Notes under the pieces: generated by a model | What the model was told of the DNA's origin: nothing | Databases searched by the model: none | Seen by the model: the letters and a program-made list of their open reading frames with translations, nothing else | Made by a program: the position numbers and the translations under genes | Shown here: positions 40,704 to 50,803 of the stretch, piece after piece | How the letters are laid out: the number at the start of each line of letters is the position of its first letter | How positions within the stretch are numbered: position 1 is the first letter of the stretch | Assembly: GCA_029210695.1 (NCBI GenBank) | Contig: JARGFH010000003.1 | Location: 1 to 64,000, forward strand | Origin: Acidimicrobiia bacterium | GTDB lineage: Bacteria; Actinomycetota; Acidimicrobiia; Spongiisociales; JAHEDJ01 | DNA length: 64,000 nucleotides | Direction: 5' to 3'

Positions 40704-41302
40704 CGGACCGCGGCGCCCAGTGAACCGAGAGCGAGTAGCGCGGCCATCGCGTCGAAAGGGAGCACCCACCGCACGAGAGCGCTGCCGTCGATGAGCCATC
40801 CCCCCTCGTCGGAGAATCCGACGATGCGGAGGTAGTTCCAGATCGACCAGATGCAGATGACTGAGAGAACTCCCGCGCTCAGGCGCGCCGGCCACTCACC
40901 CGTCAACCACCGAACCCCGAAGTACAGTGCCGCCACCGACCAGGCGATGTCGAGAGTCGACAGAAGCTGAAGGAACTGCAGCGATGGATCGAGTCGAAGC
41001 GCCGCCGACGTTGCGAGCGTGACGAGCGCCACGACACCGGTGTCCAGAGCCACGAGCGATCCGGCAGTCGTGAAACGGCGGAGGCGATCGCCGCGAATCG
41101 ACGTGAACATTGGCTGATCCACATAGCGGGACAGGTCGATCATCGTCGCGAATCCGAGCAGCACGATCATTGCCACATGGAGCGTGGACCAGGTGAGCAG
41201 GGACCCGGATTCCGGCTGTGGAAGGAGGAGCAGGAAAGGTGAGATCGCCAGCCCCAGCATCAGCCAGCGGAGGGAGCGCAGAAGGGCTTGTTCGAGGGCC
41301 AC
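40670..41302 (-). CDS. Hypothetical integral membrane protein
   Basis: About 6 hydrophobic segments. Confidence 0.7.
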   Translation of the reverse strand: MALEQALLRSLRWLMLGLAISPFLLLLPQPESGSLLTWSTLHVAMIVLLGFATMIDLSRYVDQPMFTSIRGDRLRRFTTAGSLVALDTGVVALVTLATSAALRLDPSLQFLQLLSTLDIAWSVAALYFGVRWLTGEWPARLSAGVLSVICIWSIWNYLRIVGFSDEGGWLIDGSALVRWVLPFDAMAALLALGSLGAAVRQPIAQRSPQS

Positions 41303-41372
41303 CAGCAGAGGGTACCGGGTAACGGATAGTCGGCGTGCTCGTTACGGACGACATGCAACAAACCGCTCGCCG

Positions 41373-42191
41373 CTAATGCTCCCCGTGGCCGGTGCGGTCG
41401 AAGTGCTGGTGCCGCCCGTCAACCGGGTTGTGGGCGGAGTCGTCCAGTAGTGGTGCTCCGCTCTCGTCTTCGATGATCTCAATCCCGTAAGCCCTGGCCA
41501 GATGCTCCGAGGTCAGGACTTCTCCCGGAGCGCCTTCTGCAACGACCCCACCCGACAAGAGGAGCACATGATCGGCTTTGGCCGCCTCGCTCAAATCATG
41601 AGTTGTGGCGACGACGGTCCGGCCCCGACGGCGCTCCTCGAAGATCGCCTCAATAATGAGATTTCTCGACACGAGGTCGAGGGCGTTCAGCGGCTCATCG
41701 AGCAACAGCAGGTCGGCGAGCTGCGCCAGTCCCTGGGCAACGAACACTCGCTGGCGTTCCCCACCAGACAACTCACCAAGGTGCCGGCTGGAGAGGCGTG
41801 CGACGTCCAGTCGCTCAAGGGCTTCATCGACGATTTCCCGATCGGGCCTGCGGATGAACCCAAACACACCCCGGTCGACGTACCGGCTCATCGTGACGAC
41901 CTCGCGCACGGTCACGGGCAGACGGTCGTTGACCTTCGTGGCCTGCAGTACATATGAGGTTCGCGTCCTGGCACTGAGCGGATCGGTGTCGAGCACTTCC
42001 AGGACGCCGTCCGCGAGAGTAACGAGTCCGGCGATGGCATTGAGCAGTGTCGACTTACCTGATCCGTTTGGTCCAATCACGGCCGTCACTGCTCCGGCCG
42101 GAATCGACACATCGGATGAGCGAAACGCCACCCGATCACCATAAATCAGCGTGACATCGGAGCCGCGCACGGCTACTGGCATTGACTGCAT
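41373..42191 (-). CDS. Zn/Mn ABC transporter ATPase (ZnuC/AztA-like)
   Basis: GPNGSGKST, LSGGERQR, LLLDEP, THD. Confidence 0.92.
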   Translation of the reverse strand: MQSMPVAVRGSDVTLIYGDRVAFRSSDVSIPAGAVTAVIGPNGSGKSTLLNAIAGLVTLADGVLEVLDTDPLSARTRTSYVLQATKVNDRLPVTVREVVTMSRYVDRGVFGFIRRPDREIVDEALERLDVARLSSRHLGELSGGERQRVFVAQGLAQLADLLLLDEPLNALDLVSRNLIIEAIFEERRRGRTVVATTHDLSEAAKADHVLLLSGGVVAEGAPGEVLTSEHLARAYGIEIIEDESGAPLLDDSAHNPVDGRHQHFDRTGHGEH

Positions 42192-42619
42192 AGCCCCTCC
42201 AGATCAAGGCGGTGCCCTGAGACCCGGAAACCAGCAGATGCGCCCGCCTCGTCGGCGAACCGGCGGATGGTCGTTTCTGTCTCCTGGGCGAAGTCGATAT
42301 CGCGGGTCGTACCGCACTGGGTGCAGGTGATGTGATGGTGGTGCCCGGTGAGCCATTCTGCCAACTCGTACCTGGCATTCCCGGCACCGTCGTGGAAGCG
42401 CTCTAGGGCTCCGTTCGTGGACAGCACGCTGAGCGTCCGATAGAGAGACGAGACGGGAACTGCGGAACCAAGGAGGATGTTGATCTCGTCGGCGGTGTGC
42501 GGTCCGCCTTCTCGGCTGAGCTTCTCGAGGACCAGCCGGCGAGCCCGCGTTGTCCGTACCCCGGAGCGTCGGAGGTGCTCTTCTGCAAGATCCGCAATCG
42601 GTCGTCGTTGCGCGCTCAT
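42173..42619 (-). CDS. Fur family regulator, probably Zur
   Basis: SLYRTL, HHHHITCTQCG, C-terminal CSQC; adjacent to the Zn ABC genes. Confidence 0.88.
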   Translation of the reverse strand: MSAQRRPIADLAEEHLRRSGVRTTRARRLVLEKLSREGGPHTADEINILLGSAVPVSSLYRTLSVLSTNGALERFHDGAGNARYELAEWLTGHHHHITCTQCGTTRDIDFAQETETTIRRFADEAGASAGFRVSGHRLDLEGLCSQCQ

Positions 42620-42644
42620 GGAGGAAATGGTAGCGTAGAATGAT

Positions 42645-42663
42645 TATGAGAACAACTCTCATT
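42645..42663. promoter_or_regulatory. Zur/Fur-box-like palindrome
   Basis: ATGAGA-ACAAC-TCTCAT next to divergent -10 boxes TAGAAT (+) and TACCAT (-). Confidence 0.65.
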
Positions 42664-43551
42664 CTCAGAATGACCGGCGCCGTCCTTGCGCTTGCTTTGG
42701 CCTCCTCAGCGTGTGCCTCTGATGCCTCCGATGGCTCTTCTTTCACCGTCGTCGTTACCACATCGATTCTGGGAGATATCGTCACGAACGCGACCGAACT
42801 TGGAGCGAACGTCGAGGTGATCATGCCGGTCGGGGCGGATCCGCACGAGTTCGAACCGTCCGCTCGCCAGGTGGCGTCGATTCGCTCGGCCGACCTTGTG
42901 ATTGCCAACGGCCTTGGGCTCGAGGAGGGGCTGGAGGACGTTTTGGCTTCCGCGGCAGAGGACGGTGGGCTGGTGCTGGAAGTCGGACCGGCAATCAACC
43001 CGTTGACCCTTGGCTCGTCCGGCGATCTCGATCCCCACGTGTGGCTCGATCCCACCAGAATGGCCGCGGCCGTCGACGTGGTGGTCGGGGCGCTCCGCGG
43101 TCTGGACCCCTCCGTCGATTGGGCTCAGATCGCCGCCCCCTACCGGCAGGAACTGCTAGATCTCGATGTGTGGATTGATGCTCGCCTCGCAGCAATACCT
43201 CAGGAGGATCGAGTTCTCGTCACCGGCCACCAGGCCTTCGGGTATTTTGCCGATCGATACGACTTCGAGATCATCGCCACGATTCTTCCCGGAGCGACGA
43301 CGATGGTCGAGCCGAGCGCGGCGGGTTTCGCCGACATCGTGACGATCCTTGAGGCGTCGGATACACCGGCCGTGTTTACGGACCTGGGTGAAAACCAGGC
43401 TCTGGCAGATCAGTTGAGCGTCCAGGTTGACCGGCCCGTCCTCGTCGTCCCCCTATACACAGGTGCACTCGGCGAGCAGGGATCGGGTGCCGGGACATAT
43501 CTAGAGATGATGCGCTGGGATGTTGAAGCGATCGCGAGGGCATTCGAATGA
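42646..43551 (+). CDS. Zn/Mn ABC substrate-binding lipoprotein
   Basis: SSAC lipobox, DPHEFEP, NGLGLE, DPHVWLDP, H.AFGYF. Confidence 0.92.
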   Translation: MRTTLILRMTGAVLALALASSACASDASDGSSFTVVVTTSILGDIVTNATELGANVEVIMPVGADPHEFEPSARQVASIRSADLVIANGLGLEEGLEDVLASAAEDGGLVLEVGPAINPLTLGSSGDLDPHVWLDPTRMAAAVDVVVGALRGLDPSVDWAQIAAPYRQELLDLDVWIDARLAAIPQEDRVLVTGHQAFGYFADRYDFEIIATILPGATTMVEPSAAGFADIVTILEASDTPAVFTDLGENQALADQLSVQVDRPVLVVPLYTGALGEQGSGAGTYLEMMRWDVEAIARAFE

Positions 43552-44378
43552 TTGGGTGGTTCACCGATCCGTTCTCCAACGAGTTTATGGTCCAGGCACT
43601 GCTGGCCGGGATTCTGGCCGTTGTCACCACGTCGCTGATCGGGACCTGGGTCGTACTGCGCGGGCTGAGTTTCATGGGCGACGCCATGGCACACGGGGTC
43701 TTGCCGGGTATCGCACTGGCATTCATCTGGGACTTCAATCTCACCATCGGTGCTGTGCTGAGCGCCCTGGTCATGATCGCCGGCATCGAGTATGTGCATC
43801 GCCGCGCCCGCCTCAGTGAGGACACCGCCATCGGACTGCTCTTCGTCGGCATGCTGGCCCTCGGTGTCATCATCATGTCCAGGGCCCCCTCGTTCGCCGG
43901 AAGTCTCACCGGATTCCTGTTCGGCAACATCCTGGCGGTTGGGCGGGCGGAACTCGTCATCCAGGCCCTGGCTGCCTGCGCCACCGCGCTCGCCGTCCTC
44001 GTCTTCTACCGCCCGTTCCTAGTGTTGTCGTTCAACGAAGACAAGGCCGAAGTGCTGGGCATGCGGCCCCGGGTGGCCCATTCCGTGATGCTGGCGTTGC
44101 TCACTCTCGCCATCGTGACGTCGTTCCGGGTGGTCGGCAACCTGCTCGTATTCGGGTTGCTGGTCGCCCCGGCGGCTACCGCGTCGCTGCTCGTACGCAG
44201 AGTCCCGACGATGATGGTCACCGCCGTTGCGATTGGAGTTGCATCGGTCACCGGTGGGCTCCTGCTCACCTGGTACGCCGATACCGCGGCAGGAGCGAGC
44301 ATCGCTGGAGCATCCGTTGGTCTGTTCTTCCTCGTTCTCGTCGTGCGCCAGCTGGTGTCCGCCATCCGCCGCGCCTGA
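43548..44378 (+). CDS. Zn/Mn ABC permease
   Basis: GDAMAHGVLPG, EDTAIG, FLFGNIL. Confidence 0.92.
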   Translation: MIGWFTDPFSNEFMVQALLAGILAVVTTSLIGTWVVLRGLSFMGDAMAHGVLPGIALAFIWDFNLTIGAVLSALVMIAGIEYVHRRARLSEDTAIGLLFVGMLALGVIIMSRAPSFAGSLTGFLFGNILAVGRAELVIQALAACATALAVLVFYRPFLVLSFNEDKAEVLGMRPRVAHSVMLALLTLAIVTSFRVVGNLLVFGLLVAPAATASLLVRRVPTMMVTAVAIGVASVTGGLLLTWYADTAAGASIAGASVGLFFLVLVVRQLVSAIRRA

Positions 44379-44395
44379 TCGGGGATGTGTGGGAG

Positions 44396-45559
44396 ATGGC
44401 GGTTGCGTCTAGGATTCGGCGTCGCCGACCATTGAGACCGAGGATGCACTCCCGAACCGTTCGCCTATTTCTTTCGATTGTCCTCGGCACCGTCTTCGTT
44501 GTGGCGGTGGCCGGTATGCGCGTTGGTCTGGCCTACTGGTCGATCGAGCGAGACGAGTTCGATCCCGGCGCGGCGCGCGATCGGCTCGGTGCCATGACGG
44601 AGGCCGACACGGCCCAGGCCCAGCAGGATCTGGCGGTCCTCGAATCGCAGCTGAGCGAGGACGATGAGCCGGTCGCATTGCCAGATGCCGGCGTGGAATC
44701 GAGCAATGGGTTCGTACTCGAACCGGTCGAAGATGACCCCAGGTTTCCCTTCATGCGCAGCCCTGCGCTGCCGGATGAGCTGTTCACATCGTTCTTGCTG
44801 GCGGGCGTCGATCTGAGTGGTCAACTGGCCGATGTCATCATTCTGGTGTTGTTGCCGTCGGACGGGTCGCCGCCGATTCTGGCCAGCCTTCCCCGCGACC
44901 TTTATCTGCCGAGCCTGTGCACGGACAGCTACTCGCGAATCAATGCCGCCCTGGGGGGATGCCGGGGGGTTGCCACCGGGCCCGAGCTTCTCTCGCTCAC
45001 CGTGGAGGATTTCACCGGCATCGCGGTGGATCACTTCGTACAGGTGAACTTCTCCGGGTTCCGGCAAGTGATCGATGCCCTCGGGGGTATCGAAGTCTGT
45101 GTTGAAAACCCGACCCGCGACTTCAAAGCGGAGCTCTACCTCAACGCCGGCTGCACGCAGGCCGATGGAACACAGGCGCTGGCCTGGGTCCGGTCCCGCC
45201 GAACCCAGCAGTTGATCGATGGCTCATGGCAGTCGATCGGGGCTAGTGATTTCACCCGGCAGGACCATCAGCAAGCGGTGCTCATCCAACTGCTCGGCAA
45301 GCTGAGCGGGTACAAGTCGCTGTCTGCGGTCGGTGAGATCGCCAATCAACTGGCCGACTTCGTTCGGCTCGACAAGCGGTTCTCGATCGGAGACGCCGTT
45401 TCGCTGGCGTGGAGGTACAGGAACATCGATCCTGAGTCGCTCAGCCGCGTCTCCATCATCTACGACAACTACCGAACGCCGGCCGGGGCGGCAGTGCTGC
45501 TTCCCACCAGCTCATTCACCGACGCCCTGGCGGATGTGTATCCGCCCATTGCCGGCTAG
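44396..45559 (+). CDS. LCP (LytR-CpsA-Psr) family protein
   Basis: SLPRDL, RINAA, IDALGGIEV, ALAWVRSR, DFTR. Confidence 0.9.
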   Translation: MAVASRIRRRRPLRPRMHSRTVRLFLSIVLGTVFVVAVAGMRVGLAYWSIERDEFDPGAARDRLGAMTEADTAQAQQDLAVLESQLSEDDEPVALPDAGVESSNGFVLEPVEDDPRFPFMRSPALPDELFTSFLLAGVDLSGQLADVIILVLLPSDGSPPILASLPRDLYLPSLCTDSYSRINAALGGCRGVATGPELLSLTVEDFTGIAVDHFVQVNFSGFRQVIDALGGIEVCVENPTRDFKAELYLNAGCTQADGTQALAWVRSRRTQQLIDGSWQSIGASDFTRQDHQQAVLIQLLGKLSGYKSLSAVGEIANQLADFVRLDKRFSIGDAVSLAWRYRNIDPESLSRVSIIYDNYRTPAGAAVLLPTSSFTDALADVYPPIAG

Positions 45560-45562
45560 GGC

Positions 45563-46222
45563 TCAGAACCCCGACTTCTGCCCGGTCCACGGTTGTGGAG
45601 CGGCGGCGGCGAACTCCTCCACCGAAGGTCCGGCCAACCGGGTGAGGAGGCGACGTCCCCAGATGTATGTCGCCACGAGCAAGACGAGCAGCGCAGGCCA
45701 CCCGGCCACCACTCGAAACGTCGTGGCCGTGCCCGTGTTCTCGAGCGTGAGCCACTGTCCGACCGACCGCGTTGCGAAGAAGGCGGCCCACATCCACGAA
45801 ACCGTTGTATAAGCCGGCCGGACCTGTGGATGCCAGTACCAGTCGATCGGCCAGTCTCTCGCCAGCCAGCTGGTCCAGGCAACGAAGGGGCGCCGGGCGA
45901 TGATGCTGATGACGATCAGTACGGCGGTAGCTGCGCCCGAGATGATCGACGGTAGGAAGAAACCGTCTGGGCCCTTCCAGATAGACGCGAGAGACGCGAT
46001 GAGGACCCCGACGAAGCCTGCCAGCGCGAACTTGACGGAGCGCCCTCGCAGCAGGCGGGCCAGGACGATGAGAATTGATGTTGTGAGGGCGGCGAGCGCC
46101 GCCATCCGAACACCCGTCAGCGCGTTCACGACTCCGAAGATGATGGGAGGAACGATGCCGTCGAGGATGGAAGCCCGTCCGAACACGACGGTGCGCAACT
46201 CGCTGGTGAGCTCGGATGGCAT
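45563..46222 (-). CDS. DUF3159 family membrane protein
   Basis: FFLP, SIIARRP, AYT.VS.MW, GWP pattern. Confidence 0.75.
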   Translation of the reverse strand: MPSELTSELRTVVFGRASILDGIVPPIIFGVVNALTGVRMAALAALTTSILIVLARLLRGRSVKFALAGFVGVLIASLASIWKGPDGFFLPSIISGAATAVLIVISIIARRPFVAWTSWLARDWPIDWYWHPQVRPAYTTVSWMWAAFFATRSVGQWLTLENTGTATTFRVVAGWPALLVLLVATYIWGRRLLTRLAGPSVEEFAAAAPQPWTGQKSGF

Positions 46223-46271
46223 TCACTGAGCATACGGGCGTCGGACGTCTACCGGTAGAGTCGAGGGGGTC

Positions 46272-47192
46272 ATGGTGCGCATCGGAATCGACCTCGGTGG
46301 AACGAAGATCGAAGCAATCGCGCTGGGCAGCACCGGTGAGGAGTTGGTACGTCGTAGAAGGTGGTCGCCCCGGTCGGACTACAGAGCGATCGTCGCAGCC
46401 ATCGCCGACCTCGTTGACGAAGTCGAACATGAAGTCGGCGCTGAGGGAACAGTCGGCGTTGGCCATCCCGGCACCATTTCGCCTGCCTCTGGTTTGATTA
46501 AGAACTCCAACTCGACGGTGCTGCTCGGCAAGGCTCTGGACCAGGATCTGCAAGATGCGCTGGGTCGGCCTGTTCGCCTTGCCAACGATGCAGACTGCTT
46601 CGCTCTCTCTGAGGCTACCGATGGAGCAGGGTCGGGCCGGGCGTCCGTCTTTGGAGCGATCCTCGGCACCGGAGTCGGAGGAGGGGTGGTGATCAACGGG
46701 CACCTGCTGCATGGCCCCAACGCCATCGCAGGCGAATGGGGTCATAATCCGCTTCCTCCCAGTGAGGCTGATCCCGTCGAGCCGATCGACTGCTACTGCG
46801 GCAGGTCCGGCTGCATCGAGAAGTACTTATCCGGGCCGGGACTGGCGGCCGACCACGCTCGAGCAACTGGAGCCGAATTGGTACCGGAGGCAATAGTGGA
46901 GGCTGCCGGCCTCGGTGACTCGGGAGCTGTGGCCACGATGCACCGGTATGTCGAGCGCCTCGCCGCCGGTCTGGCTGTGGTCATCAATGTGCTGGACCCC
47001 GACGTCGTGGTGCTCGGCGGCGGCCTTTCCAACGTGGACATGCTCTACGAACGTGTCGCCGAGCGATGGAGGAGCTACGTCTTCAGCGACGTCGTCGACA
47101 CCGAGCTGCTGCGGAACCAGCACGGCGATTCCAGCGGCGTTCGAGGTGCCGCCTGGCTCTGGGACCGAAACGTTCTGGATTCCGGGCAGTAG
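46272..47192 (+). CDS. ROK family sugar kinase (Mak/fructokinase-like)
   Basis: GIDLGGTKIE, NDADCFALSEA, GEWGH, CYCG..GCIE, HGDSSGVRGAA. Confidence 0.92.
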   Translation: MVRIGIDLGGTKIEAIALGSTGEELVRRRRWSPRSDYRAIVAAIADLVDEVEHEVGAEGTVGVGHPGTISPASGLIKNSNSTVLLGKALDQDLQDALGRPVRLANDADCFALSEATDGAGSGRASVFGAILGTGVGGGVVINGHLLHGPNAIAGEWGHNPLPPSEADPVEPIDCYCGRSGCIEKYLSGPGLAADHARATGAELVPEAIVEAAGLGDSGAVATMHRYVERLAAGLAVVINVLDPDVVVLGGGLSNVDMLYERVAERWRSYVFSDVVDTELLRNQHGDSSGVRGAAWLWDRNVLDSGQ

Positions 47193-47243
47193 GCCTCTTG
47201 CGGCTCTGCGCCAGAACCAAACCGCAGAGCTCTGATTCCCGAT

Positions 47244-47507
47244 CTACTTCTCGCGGCCCGCCACGATGTAGAAGATGAGCCCGAGGAGTGGAGCGAAGGC
47301 AACCACGAGGATCCAGAGGACCTTCGTTCCAGAGGACTTCTTCGTGGAACCGACGATGTCGACGACGGCCCAGATGATCACAAGGAGGTGAATGAGGCCG
47401 AAGAAGCCGGTGAACGTGTTGGGGCGCAGTGCCTTGGGGACCGCGCTGCACGCCGCCAACGTCAAAGAGGTGGCGGCCAGCGTGAGAGCATGTCTGTATT
47501 TCTTCAC
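47244..47507 (-). CDS. Small PLDc_N-domain membrane protein
   Basis: IWAVVDI...KVLWILVV..P.LG.I.Y. Confidence 0.7.
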   Translation of the reverse strand: MKKYRHALTLAATSLTLAACSAVPKALRPNTFTGFFGLIHLLVIIWAVVDIVGSTKKSSGTKVLWILVVAFAPLLGLIFYIVAGREK

Positions 47508-47575
47508 AGGGCCGAGGCTAGTCGCAGCCCCCGTCCGTCCGTCGGTCGGTGGCACGGGCACCCAATCGCCACTCG

Positions 47576-48907
47576 CTATGAGCCGCCGGCTTCGAGCGGT
47601 TGGCCGGCCAGATCCAATGCCTCGAGACGCTCGAAAACGACGCTTGCATTGCGCAGGAACCGGTCGGTTGAGAAGCAGACGGCCAGAGCAGCATCTGTCA
47701 GTGGCACCTCGGGATCGGCGGCGAGGGTTTCCTCGAGTTCGGCTCCTTCGTCCCAGCTCCGCATGGCGCTGCGCTGCACGATTCTGTAGGCGTCGTCTCG
47801 TGTCATCCCTGTTTCGATGAGGGCGAGCAGAACTGCCTGACTGAAAACAAGGCCATGTGTTCCACCCAGATTGACCAGCATCCGGTCGGTATCAACCACG
47901 AGATTGGCGATGAGATCTGTGAACTTGGCCAGCATGTAGTCGAGGGCCAGGCAAGCGTCGGCGAGTATGACCCGCTCGGCCGAGGAATGGCTGATGTCGC
48001 GTTCGTGCCACAACGCCACATTTTCGAGGCCTACTTGCGCATATCCACGCAGGAGCCTGGCCATGCCGGTCATCCGTTCGGATAGGATCGGGTTGCGCTT
48101 GTGCGGCATGGCAGAGGAGCCCTTCTGGCCCCTTCCAAACGACTCGCGTGCTTCGGCGACCTCGCTTCGCTGGAGGTGCCGGATCTCTGTTGCGAAGCGC
48201 TCGATCGAGGCGCCGGTCAGCGCGATTGTCTGGAGGAACTCGGCGTGCCGGTCGCGGTGAGTGATCTGTGAAGAGGCCGGTTCCACCCGCAATCCGAGCC
48301 GGTTACACACGGACTTCTCGACTGCCGGAGGTGTATGCGCATATGTACCGACCGCCCCGCTTATCTTGCCGACCGCTATTGCCGATCGGGCGCGCAACAT
48401 CCGTTCATGGTCCCGCGCCAGCTCGAAGGCCCAGGTGGCGAGTTTCAGGCCGAACGTGGTCGGCTCCGCCCAGATCCCGTGGGTCCGCCCGAGCATGACC
48501 GTATGGCGATGCTCTGTCGCCAGAGCTTTGGTGACGTCAAAGAGCCCCCCAATTCGTTTGACCAGGAGGTCGGCTGCCTCGACCATCCTTGCCCCGTTGG
48601 CGGTATCGAGCACATCGGACGATGTGAGCCCGTAGTGAATCCACTCGCCGCCGGTGGATACCGACTCGGCAAGGATGTCGACGAAGGCTGCGACGTCGTG
48701 GTTCGTTATCTTCTCGCGCTCCGTCACCGCCGCCGAATCCACCGGTGGGGCTGCCCGAAGGGCTCTCGCCGCGGCCGCCGGTGCCACTCCAAGCTCTACC
48801 CACGCCTCGACGACCAGCGTCTCGACCTCCTGCCAGATCTCGAACTTGTGATCTTCCGACCAGATGACGGACATCTCTGGTAGCGAGTATCGAGGAATCA
48901 TGGCCAC
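47576..48907 (-). CDS. purB: Adenylosuccinate lyase
   Basis: MIPRYS, HYGLTSSD, GRTHG, GSSAMPHKRNP. Confidence 0.96.
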   Translation of the reverse strand: MAMIPRYSLPEMSVIWSEDHKFEIWQEVETLVVEAWVELGVAPAAAARALRAAPPVDSAAVTEREKITNHDVAAFVDILAESVSTGGEWIHYGLTSSDVLDTANGARMVEAADLLVKRIGGLFDVTKALATEHRHTVMLGRTHGIWAEPTTFGLKLATWAFELARDHERMLRARSAIAVGKISGAVGTYAHTPPAVEKSVCNRLGLRVEPASSQITHRDRHAEFLQTIALTGASIERFATEIRHLQRSEVAEARESFGRGQKGSSAMPHKRNPILSERMTGMARLLRGYAQVGLENVALWHERDISHSSAERVILADACLALDYMLAKFTDLIANLVVDTDRMLVNLGGTHGLVFSQAVLLALIETGMTRDDAYRIVQRSAMRSWDEGAELEETLAADPEVPLTDAALAVCFSTDRFLRNASVVFERLEALDLAGQPLEAGGS

Positions 48908-48921
48908 ATGATCCCATACGA

Positions 48922-48968
48922 GCGCGAGTCGCGACTCGGGACTCGCGAGTCGCGACTCGCGACTCGCG
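48922..48968. repeat. Heptamer (GCGACTC/GAGTCGC) tandem and inverted array
   Basis: gcgagtcgcgactcgggactcgcgagtcgcgactcgcgactcgcg. Confidence 0.8.
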
Positions 48969-49061
48969 AATAGAGTGCGGCCTACTCGGGACAGGGGCCG
49001 GCTTGATGATCGTCGTCAACACCGAAACGAATCCAGGTGATGAGATCACCGGGTTGGCGTT

Positions 49062-50243
49062 GTGAGGTCTCTCAGCATGGCACAGGCCCGGCGGGTCGCC
49101 CTCGCCGCGCAAGGGTTCGGAGGACGGCGCCCGCTCGACCGGGTTGACGTTCGGCATGTTCGTCGCTTCTTTGCCGATGTGGGTGTGCTGCAGATCGACT
49201 CGGTCAATGTGGCCGTCAGGGCGCACTACATGCCGATGTTCTCCCGATTCGGCCCATACGGTCACCCTCTGATCGATGAGGGCGCCTATGGGCGGCGCGA
49301 GCTATTCGAGTACTGGGGGCACGAAGCATCGTTTCTACCGAGTGTCCACTATCCCCTGCTGCGACACCGGATGGAGGCAATCCGGCCGTGGCACCGGGTG
49401 CGTGCCTTGAAGGAGGAACACCCGGAATACCTGGACCAGGTTTACCAGGAGGTGCTCGAGTACGGTCCGATCACGGTCTCTGATCTCGAAGACCCCGGGA
49501 AGCGGACCGGTCCGTGGTGGGGCTACGGCAAGGGAAAGATCGCTCTCGAGTTCCTCTTCGCCACGGGCAAGTTGGCGATTGCCGAGCGGCGCAACTTCAC
49601 CCGCTACTACGACTTACCCGAACGTGTTCTTCCGGCGGAGATCCTGGCGCTGGAGTCGCCGGGTACGGAGGAGGCGCAACGGCAACTGCTCTTGATGGCC
49701 GCCGCCTCGACCGGGATTGCGACTGCAGCAGACCTGGCCGACTACTACCGCATTCGCATGCCGGCTGCCCGCCCTCGTATCGCAGAGCTGGCAGAATCGG
49801 GGGCCTTGGAAGAAGTTACGGTCGAAGGGTGGGACAAGCCCGCCTACAAGGTGCCGGGTACGCCGGTGCCGCGGGCCATCGACGCCGCCGCCTTGATCAG
49901 TCCGTTCGATTCGCTCATCTGGTTCAGGGAGCGCACAGAACGGCTCTTTGGCTTCCATTACCGGATCGAGATCTATGTGCCAGAGCCGCAACGCATATTC
50001 GGCTACTACGTCTATCCCTTCCTGCTAGGAGACGAACTGGTAGGTCGCGTTGACTTGAAGGCCGATCGGACGGCCGGGAAATTGCTGGTTCGCGGATCGT
50101 TCGCCGAGGATGGTCGAGATCATGACCGCATTGCCTCGGCCCTTGCCGAAGAACTTCACCTCATGGCCGGTTGGCTGGACCTCGACGATGTTGTCGTGGA
50201 GAGAAGGGGCGACCTGGCGACGGAGCTTGTCAAGCGAGTGTGA
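49062..50243 (+). CDS. YcaQ/AlkZ-like winged-helix DNA glycosylase
   Basis: LQIDSV, FEYWGHEA, SPFD, YRIEIYVP, GYYV.PFL, GRVDLK. Confidence 0.9.
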   Translation: MRSLSMAQARRVALAAQGFGGRRPLDRVDVRHVRRFFADVGVLQIDSVNVAVRAHYMPMFSRFGPYGHPLIDEGAYGRRELFEYWGHEASFLPSVHYPLLRHRMEAIRPWHRVRALKEEHPEYLDQVYQEVLEYGPITVSDLEDPGKRTGPWWGYGKGKIALEFLFATGKLAIAERRNFTRYYDLPERVLPAEILALESPGTEEAQRQLLLMAAASTGIATAADLADYYRIRMPAARPRIAELAESGALEEVTVEGWDKPAYKVPGTPVPRAIDAAALISPFDSLIWFRERTERLFGFHYRIEIYVPEPQRIFGYYVYPFLLGDELVGRVDLKADRTAGKLLVRGSFAEDGRDHDRIASALAEELHLMAGWLDLDDVVVERRGDLATELVKRV

Positions 50244-50283
50244 GCCACACGTAGTCAATAACCCGGGCGAATCAAGCGGAGCT

Positions 50284-50742
50284 CTAGCCGCGCAACGTCG
50301 CTCGTCTCAGGTCTTCCCGGTACTCCTTCAGCTTGGCGTCCAGCCGTGGATTGCCGAGCGCCAGGATGGCGATGGCCAGCAACGCCGCGTTGGTAGCGCC
50401 ATCGATCGCCACCGTGGCAACCGGGATTCCCGTTGGCATCTGCACCGTGGCGAGGAGTGCGTCCATGCCGTCGAGGGAGGCAGAGAGCGGGACCCCTATC
50501 ACCGGCAGCGTCGTCTTGGCGGCCATCACGCCGGCCAGGTGGGCAGCTTTGCCGGCTCCGGCGATGATCACGGAATAGGTGTTGGAGGCATTCGAGGCGA
50601 ATTCGATGGCGTCGTCCGGTGTTTTGTGAGCAGATAGCACCCGCATGTCCCATCCGACGTCGAACTGGTCGAGTGTGGTGCCTGCCTTTTCCATGATGGG
50701 CCGGTCCTTGCCCGACCCCATCACGATTGCCACGCGACTCAT
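50284..50742 (-). CDS. purE: PurE (N5-CAIR mutase / AIR carboxylase)
   Basis: [38 protein letters not shown]. Confidence 0.95.
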   Translation of the reverse strand: MSRVAIVMGSGKDRPIMEKAGTTLDQFDVGWDMRVLSAHKTPDDAIEFASNASNTYSVIIAGAGKAAHLAGVMAAKTTLPVIGVPLSASLDGMDALLATVQMPTGIPVATVAIDGATNAALLAIAILALGNPRLDAKLKEYREDLRRATLRG

Positions 50743-50803
50743 GATCGTCTCACCTCTCCCCGCTTGACGGATTCATCTCGTGCCAGTCCTAAATGCCCGG
50801 TAC

